Source of the DNA: an uncultured virus (IMG/VR IMGVR_UViG_3300025704_000016)
Lineage: Duplodnaviria > Heunggongvirae > Uroviricota > Caudoviricetes
Strand: one strand, 5' to 3'
Length of the DNA: 20,000 nt
IMG/VR virus record: IMGVR_UViG_3300025704_000016
Span: 53,569 to 73,568 of that record
In this document: one piece after another, positions 15,909 through 20,000 of the stretch
How positions within the stretch are numbered: the first letter of the stretch is position 1
How the letters are laid out: the number at the start of each line of letters is the position of its first letter
The notes under the pieces: model-generated
What the model saw: the letters and a program-made list of their open reading frames with translations, nothing else
Database searches by the model: none
What the model was told of the DNA's origin: nothing
Translations under genes and position numbers: made by a program

Positions 15909-16910
15909 ATGGATAACGAAAACAAGAACATGAACCAAGAGGATCTAGCTAGACAGCTTGATGCTAAAGACCAAGGAATCAACACAAACGCACATCAAAA
16001 TGTAGACGCTGAAGCAGATGCAATTGAGAATGTAATTGACTCAAAAGGTCTAGGTAGAGTTGACATGAGTAACTTTGGACCTGAAACGCCTGAGAGCTCA
16101 GATAACATCTTAGGCTGGCACACTGTTAATCTAGAAGATTTGCCTTCAATGGGTAAATTCTATCCAGCTGAATTCAAACTACAGATTAGATCTGCCAAAG
16201 CAGCTGAGATTAGACATTTTTCAACAATGGACGAGGCTAACTACCTTGACATGGAAGAGAAGTTAAACTCAATTGTTGAATCTTGTTGTAAGCTTGAGGC
16301 TGGCACTAGAAGACTCTCATTCAAAGATCTTCTTGAAGAAGATAGAATTGTTTTACTTCTTAAAGTAAGGGACTTGACCTTTCCAGAACCAGAGAATAAG
16401 ATTATTCTTAAGGGTAAAATGGAAGAATCTAACAAGCAAGTTGAAATCGAATTATCAACACGTTACCTAGTACCTAATCAGATTCCAGAAGAAATTGAGA
16501 AATATTATTCTGCAGCTGAACGTACTTATGTAATTAAAACTAGATCTGCAGGTACAGTGAGAATGCATCCACCAACAATTGGTGTTATGCAAGAAATCAC
16601 TAAATACCTTAAAGATCGTCAAGAGAAGGGTATTGATTTTGATAAGGCTTTTATTCAAGTCCTACCTTATATTGTCAGTGACTGGAGAAACATCAACATG
16701 AAGAAAATCTTTGAACTAGAGATTGACTATAAAGGTTGGGATGAAAAGAAATTTATGGTGATCTACCGATTAGCAGAACGCATGAAGATCGGTGTAGAAA
16801 CAACACTTGAAAAAGAAATCGACGGGGAGGTTGCGAAAGCCCCTCTTGACTTCCCAGGTGGCATCAAAAGTCTTTTCATTATTTCAGATCTCGCTAGAGA
16901 ACTACTTTAA
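15909..16910 (+). CDS. gp26: Baseplate hub / tail assembly chaperone, T4 gp26-like
   Basis: LPSMGKFYP...IRS...E, IVESC, DLLEEDRIVLLLKVRDLTF follow the gp26-family pattern (LPS.G, L...D...LL..R). Lies between the tube and tape-measure genes. Confidence 0.65.
   Translation: MDNENKNMNQEDLARQLDAKDQGINTNAHQNVDAEADAIENVIDSKGLGRVDMSNFGPETPESSDNILGWHTVNLEDLPSMGKFYPAEFKLQIRSAKAAEIRHFSTMDEANYLDMEEKLNSIVESCCKLEAGTRRLSFKDLLEEDRIVLLLKVRDLTFPEPENKIILKGKMEESNKQVEIELSTRYLVPNQIPEEIEKYYSAAERTYVIKTRSAGTVRMHPPTIGVMQEITKYLKDRQEKGIDFDKAFIQVLPYIVSDWRNINMKKIFELEIDYKGWDEKKFMVIYRLAERMKIGVETTLEKEIDGEVAKAPLDFPGGIKSLFIISDLARELL
16872..16910 (+). other. Candidate programmed +1/-2 ribosomal frameshift region
   Basis: In-frame CTT TTC (16872-16877) and terminal CTT TAA (16905-16910) both allow tRNA re-pairing into the +1 frame that encodes the gp51-like ORF. 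Confidence 0.45.
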
Positions 16911-17145
16911 GACTAAGTTCTACCTGGGTATACATCTTAGGATGCAGCCTTCAGAGATTGAAAACATGTACTACTATGAATATTGGTACTATGTTAAGAA
17001 TCTGCAGGAACATCTTAAGGAACGAAACAAACAGAACAAGGACCAACAAGAACAGGCTAATGAAAGAACAAACAGTTTTAAAACGCCAAAGATGCCCAAG
17101 GTCCCTAATCTAAAGACTCCTAGTCTTAAGATGCCAAAGCTATAA
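16873..17145 (+). CDS. gp51: Baseplate hub assembly protein, T4 gp51-like (start uncertain: frameshift, TTG 16846, GTG 16858 or ATG 16942)
   Basis: SLENYFKTKFYLGIHLRMQPSEIENMYYYEYWYYVKNLQEHLKE resembles the T4-like gp51 pattern SLENYYKTNF.LM.HH..S..EIENM.PWER.IY...L. Ends in a K/P-rich tail. Confidence 0.65.
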   Translation, partial: FSLFQISLENYFKTKFYLGIHLRMQPSEIENMYYYEYWYYVKNLQEHLKERNKQNKDQQEQANERTNSFKTPKMPKVPNLKTPSLKMPKL

Positions 17146-17146
17146 A

Positions 17147-17154
17147 GATATATA
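17147..17154 (+). promoter_or_regulatory. Putative late promoter GATATATA (copy 6)
   Basis: Exact 8-mer right after the gp51-like stop, 43 nt upstream of GTG 17190. Confidence 0.75.
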
Positions 17155-17189
17155 GATAAAGCATCAATAAAAAAAGACTTAGTCTCTAA

Positions 17190-20000
17190 GTGAATTTAAA
17201 CTTTTTAAAAAGCGCCTTTGATAAAATAGGCGAACAATCAAAACAACTAGATCGGATAGCAGAGGCCAGTGAACTGACCGCTGCTTCCGTGACTGTTGGT
17301 GGCGTCTTATTCACTAAGATGGATGAGATGGTCAAACTGTTGCGCGTAATTGCTAACAACGGTGCAGCATCCGGTAAGGAGGCTATTAAAGATGCTAAGG
17401 CTCTAGCCATTGTCGGTAATTCAATGGAGCCTCTCGGTAAAGGTTTTCAGATATTAGTACAGGCATTGAATGAATTGCCCGATGGCAAAGAAGCTGCCAA
17501 GAAGATGGATGCTCTAGTCGGCGGCCTAGTTAAGCTTGGCGAGATAGGGGATGCTATCGTTAGCTTTGCTATCAGTATGATAATAGCAACACCACTTTTA
17601 GTAGTGAGTGCCCTGTTAGCACCTATCTGGGTGCCGGGTCTGATGTTTACATTAAATGGCTTAATGTTTGCAGCAGAAGGACTGGATAAAAAGACGCTCA
17701 AGAATATTTCTTTGTTGGGTAATGTGGGCTTAAGTATTCTAGCACTAGCTGGTTCACTAGCTCTTGTTAGTCTAATTGGTATGCAGGCAATAGAAGGAGC
17801 TCTATATGCTGGTCTTATTTTAATTGGTATCACTAAGGTACTTCAGATCATGAGTACTATGTTAGATCCAAAGGCCGCACAGAAACAGGCAGATGCTCTT
17901 CTTAAACTAAGCATGGGGATAGCTGTCTTAGGAGGCGTCTTAGCCTTGATTAGTCTAATTGGACCTCAGATGCTAAAGGGTGCATTCTTCGCAGCAGGCT
18001 CAATCTTAATACTAGGTGGAGTATTAGCGTTGATCGACGTACTTATACCTCTAGAAAAAGTTTCAGAATTTAATAAAAGTATTGCAGCTCTAGGCCTAGG
18101 TTTATTAGCTGTTGCAGCAGGCTTGTATGTATTTACAGTTTTGGGAGCTCAGCTTATGAAAGGAGCTCTTATTTTTGTTGGTACAATGGCGATCTTAGCT
18201 ATTGGCCTAAGTCTAATAGGAGGTCTTGATACAGACGATGACTTTGGCAAGAAGATGTTGAATTTAGGTTTAGGTATTTTAGCAATCGGAGTTTCTCTAG
18301 CTCTGATTAGCTTTATCGGACCTTATATGCTCAAAGGAGCATTCTATACAGCAGGTGCACTCTTGATTATCGGTGGTACATTCTGGCTTCTAGATCAGAT
18401 GAAGATCTTAGACAAGATTGAAATGGGTGCGAAAGCAATGCTTAAAACAGCCATATCTATTCTAGCACTTGGTGTTGCTCTAGCTCTATTTAATATTATA
18501 GCACCTCCACCTGAAGACATACTACAAATAGGAGCAGTTATTGCAGGTACTGCAGTTGCATTTGGTATAATAGGAATATTTGGCGATACTATTCTTAAAG
18601 GAGCTAAAGCTATGGGCTTTGTTGCTCTTTCAATCTTAGCATTGGGTCTTTCACTCTATTTCTTTGATATGTTAGTACCTGGCGATATTCTATCATGGGA
18701 TACGTTAAAAGCTTTTGTAGTGGTTGGTGCTTTAGGTGCTGGCTTTTATCTAGCAGGTAAAGGCGCTTCAACAATAGCACAAGGTGCAGTCGCAATGGCT
18801 ATAGCAGGAATCTCACTAATTATAATCGGTGCTGGTGTATACGTATTAAATGCTGCACTACCTAAAGAAAATACATGGGAGCGTATTGGTCAGATGGGAG
18901 CTCTAATTGGTGGACTTGGTGTTGCAATGGCTCTAGCAGGAGCTAGTGGCGGCTTAATTGCACTTGGTGCACTTCAAATGATTGTCGCAGGAATTTCTTT
19001 GATCGTTATTGCAGGTGGTGTTGCAGCATTAGACGCTGCACTACCTAAAAAAGACACATGGGAACGTATTGGCCAGATGGGAGCTTTGATTGGTGGCCTT
19101 GCTGTTGCAATGGCTGCTGCTGGTGCAGCTTCACCTCTTATTTTACTTGGTTCTGCTGCAATGTTAGTAGCAGGAGTTGCTGTGCTGGTTATCGCAGGCG
19201 GAGTTGCAATTTTATCAGCACTACCTGCTAAAAAACTATTTAGCAAAGGTGGTATATTTGGGGATTCAGGCCAAACAGGATTCTTTGGTGGCGCGAAGTC
19301 TAACTTTGAGGTTATGATGGATGCCATTGCAGATGGAGTTTCAGTGAATCCAATCACAGCAGCAGGAATGTTGTTAGGTAGCGCCGCGTTTATTACAGCT
19401 GGTGTTGCTCTACTATCAATTGGTAAGGGTATTGCAGAGTTTCAAAAGGTTGCTGAGAAGGCAGATCTTAAAAATTTAAATACTAATGTTAATCTGATAG
19501 TATCTAGTCTAGCAGAAACATTTGGTACGATAGGTACTCTATATCCAGGTGGAGCTGCTGGCTTATTTAGTGGCGGTTCTGTAGTTGCTCAAGGAATAGA
19601 TGCAACAATGGGCATGGGTAGAGCCTTGACCGGTATCGCACGTGGTATGCAGGCAATGGCTAATCTACAGTTTCCAACTAAATTTGATAAAGAGGGCAAC
19701 CCGATTGAGTTTGAGTCAATGGACTCTGATGCTCCAGCTAGAGTTGCTGCAAATGCAGGTATGATTACATCTGTGTTGGCAACTGTATTCGGTGAGATTG
19801 GTACTAGATACCCAGGCGGAGGTTCTTCATTATTATCTGCATTAACAGGTAATACTAGTGGACAATCAGTAGTTGCTATGGGTATTTCAGCTGTCAGTGG
19901 AATGGGTAAAGCACTCACCGGGATTGCAAAAGGTGTACAAGCTATGGCTAATCTTAAATTCCCAACGGGATTTGATAAAGATGGCAATCCAACTGGCTAC
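17190..20000 (+). CDS. Tape measure-like protein (3'-truncated, at least 937 codons), not in ORF track
   Basis: GTG after an in-frame TAA opens MNLNFLKSAFDKIGEQSKQLDRIAEAS... with no stop to the window end (...FPTGFDKDGNPTGY). Rich in Ala/Gly/Leu/Ile with tandem repeats. Canonical position after the tube and chaperone genes. Confidence 0.8.
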   Translation, partial: MNLNFLKSAFDKIGEQSKQLDRIAEASELTAASVTVGGVLFTKMDEMVKLLRVIANNGAASGKEAIKDAKALAIVGNSMEPLGKGFQILVQALNELPDGKEAAKKMDALVGGLVKLGEIGDAIVSFAISMIIATPLLVVSALLAPIWVPGLMFTLNGLMFAAEGLDKKTLKNISLLGNVGLSILALAGSLALVSLIGMQAIEGALYAGLILIGITKVLQIMSTMLDPKAAQKQADALLKLSMGIAVLGGVLALISLIGPQMLKGAFFAAGSILILGGVLALIDVLIPLEKVSEFNKSIAALGLGLLAVAAGLYVFTVLGAQLMKGALIFVGTMAILAIGLSLIGGLDTDDDFGKKMLNLGLGILAIGVSLALISFIGPYMLKGAFYTAGALLIIGGTFWLLDQMKILDKIEMGAKAMLKTAISILALGVALALFNIIAPPPEDILQIGAVIAGTAVAFGIIGIFGDTILKGAKAMGFVALSILALGLSLYFFDMLVPGDILSWDTLKAFVVVGALGAGFYLAGKGASTIAQGAVAMAIAGISLIIIGAGVYVLNAALPKENTWERIGQMGALIGGLGVAMALAGASGGLIALGALQMIVAGISLIVIAGGVAALDAALPKKDTWERIGQMGALIGGLAVAMAAAGAASPLILLGSAAMLVAGVAVLVIAGGVAILSALPAKKLFSKGGIFGDSGQTGFFGGAKSNFEVMMDAIADGVSVNPITAAGMLLGSAAFITAGVALLSIGKGIAEFQKVAEKADLKNLNTNVNLIVSSLAETFGTIGTLYPGGAAGLFSGGSVVAQGIDATMGMGRALTGIARGMQAMANLQFPTKFDKEGNPIEFESMDSDAPARVAANAGMITSVLATVFGEIGTRYPGGGSSLLSALTGNTSGQSVVAMGISAVSGMGKALTGIAKGVQAMANLKFPTGFDKDGNPTGY
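17730..19230 (+). repeat. Tandem ~58-61-aa hydrophobic protein repeats (about 8 degenerate copies)
   Basis: (E/K)GA anchors at 17793, 17976, 18159 and 18333 (spacings 183, 183, 174 nt). Near-identical AALPK..TWERIGQMGALIGGL.VAMA.AGA at 18852 and 19035 (183 nt apart). Confidence 0.8.
19515..20000 (+). repeat. Second repeat family of ~90-96 aa (2 copies visible, may continue beyond the window)
   Basis: FG.IGT.YPGG...SVVA.GI.A..GMG.ALTGIA.G.QAMANL.FPT.FDK.GNP occurs twice; GMG at 19611 and 19899 (288 nt apart). Confidence 0.85.

Noticed and set aside
968..16658. Other short nested or antisense ORFs in the track (e.g. 968-1153, 2669-2929, 3454-3750, 3678-3965, 5040-5249, 13115-13474, 13583-13888)
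   Set aside because: Contained in or overlapping well-supported genes, with no motifs or initiation context; typical shadow ORFs.
16070..19308. Additional TAnnTTTG matches inside genes (about 16070, 19253, 19301)
   Set aside because: Intragenic, lacking the AT-rich context, and expected by chance for a motif with six fixed bases.
17186..19987. Series of minus-strand ORFs (17186-17410, 17447-17833, 18610-18795, 18974-19357, 19589-19987)
   Set aside because: Antisense shadows of the unlisted + strand tape-measure-like ORF, which has the repeat structure, the promoter motif and the expected position.
1..20000. Stop-codon reassignment (TAG recoding as in Lak and some crAss-like phages); no called gene ends in TAG
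   Set aside because: All late genes are full length and uninterrupted under the standard code, with no in-frame TAG or TGA. TAA preference is expected in AT-rich DNA.
1..20000. tRNA, rRNA, CRISPR array, mobile element, DGR-like repeats
   Set aside because: Intergenic gaps are all about 110 nt or less and are explained by terminators and promoters. The long repeats are in-frame protein repeats differing at synonymous sites, without adenine-specific variation or spacer structure.

Overview
This window comes from a large T4-like (myovirus-type) phage genome. It is AT-rich, uses the standard genetic code and is almost entirely + strand. Gene order: major capsid protein gp23 (5'-truncated), terminator, charged coiled-coil probable internal head protein, lone minus-strand basic protein, clamp loader ATPase gp44, RNase H/5'-3' exonuclease, a 58-aa ORF missed by the ORF track, gp62-like subunit, hypothetical, multi-domain gp14-like neck protein, terminase small and large subunits, enlarged tail sheath, tail tube, terminator, ribbon-helix-helix protein, gp26-like and gp51-like overlapping ORFs, and a very hydrophobic repeat-built tape-measure-like gene that runs off the window (also missed by the track). 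A TAnnTTTG promoter and A-rich leaders without Shine-Dalgarno sites suggest a Bacteroidota host (inference). The main observations are: (1) a candidate programmed +1/-2 frameshift joining the gp26-like and gp51-like ORFs, in the same position as lambda G/GT; (2) three apparent promoter classes: GATATATA before virion genes, TGAAAC-N15-CATA before gp44 and the RHH operon, and host-type TAnnTTTG; (3) a probably leaderless, autoregulated RHH gene heading the tail-chaperone operon; (4) an identical 14-mer over both terminase start codons; (5) domain accretion in the neck, sheath and tape-measure proteins. All homology calls are from motif recognition by eye; no searches were run.
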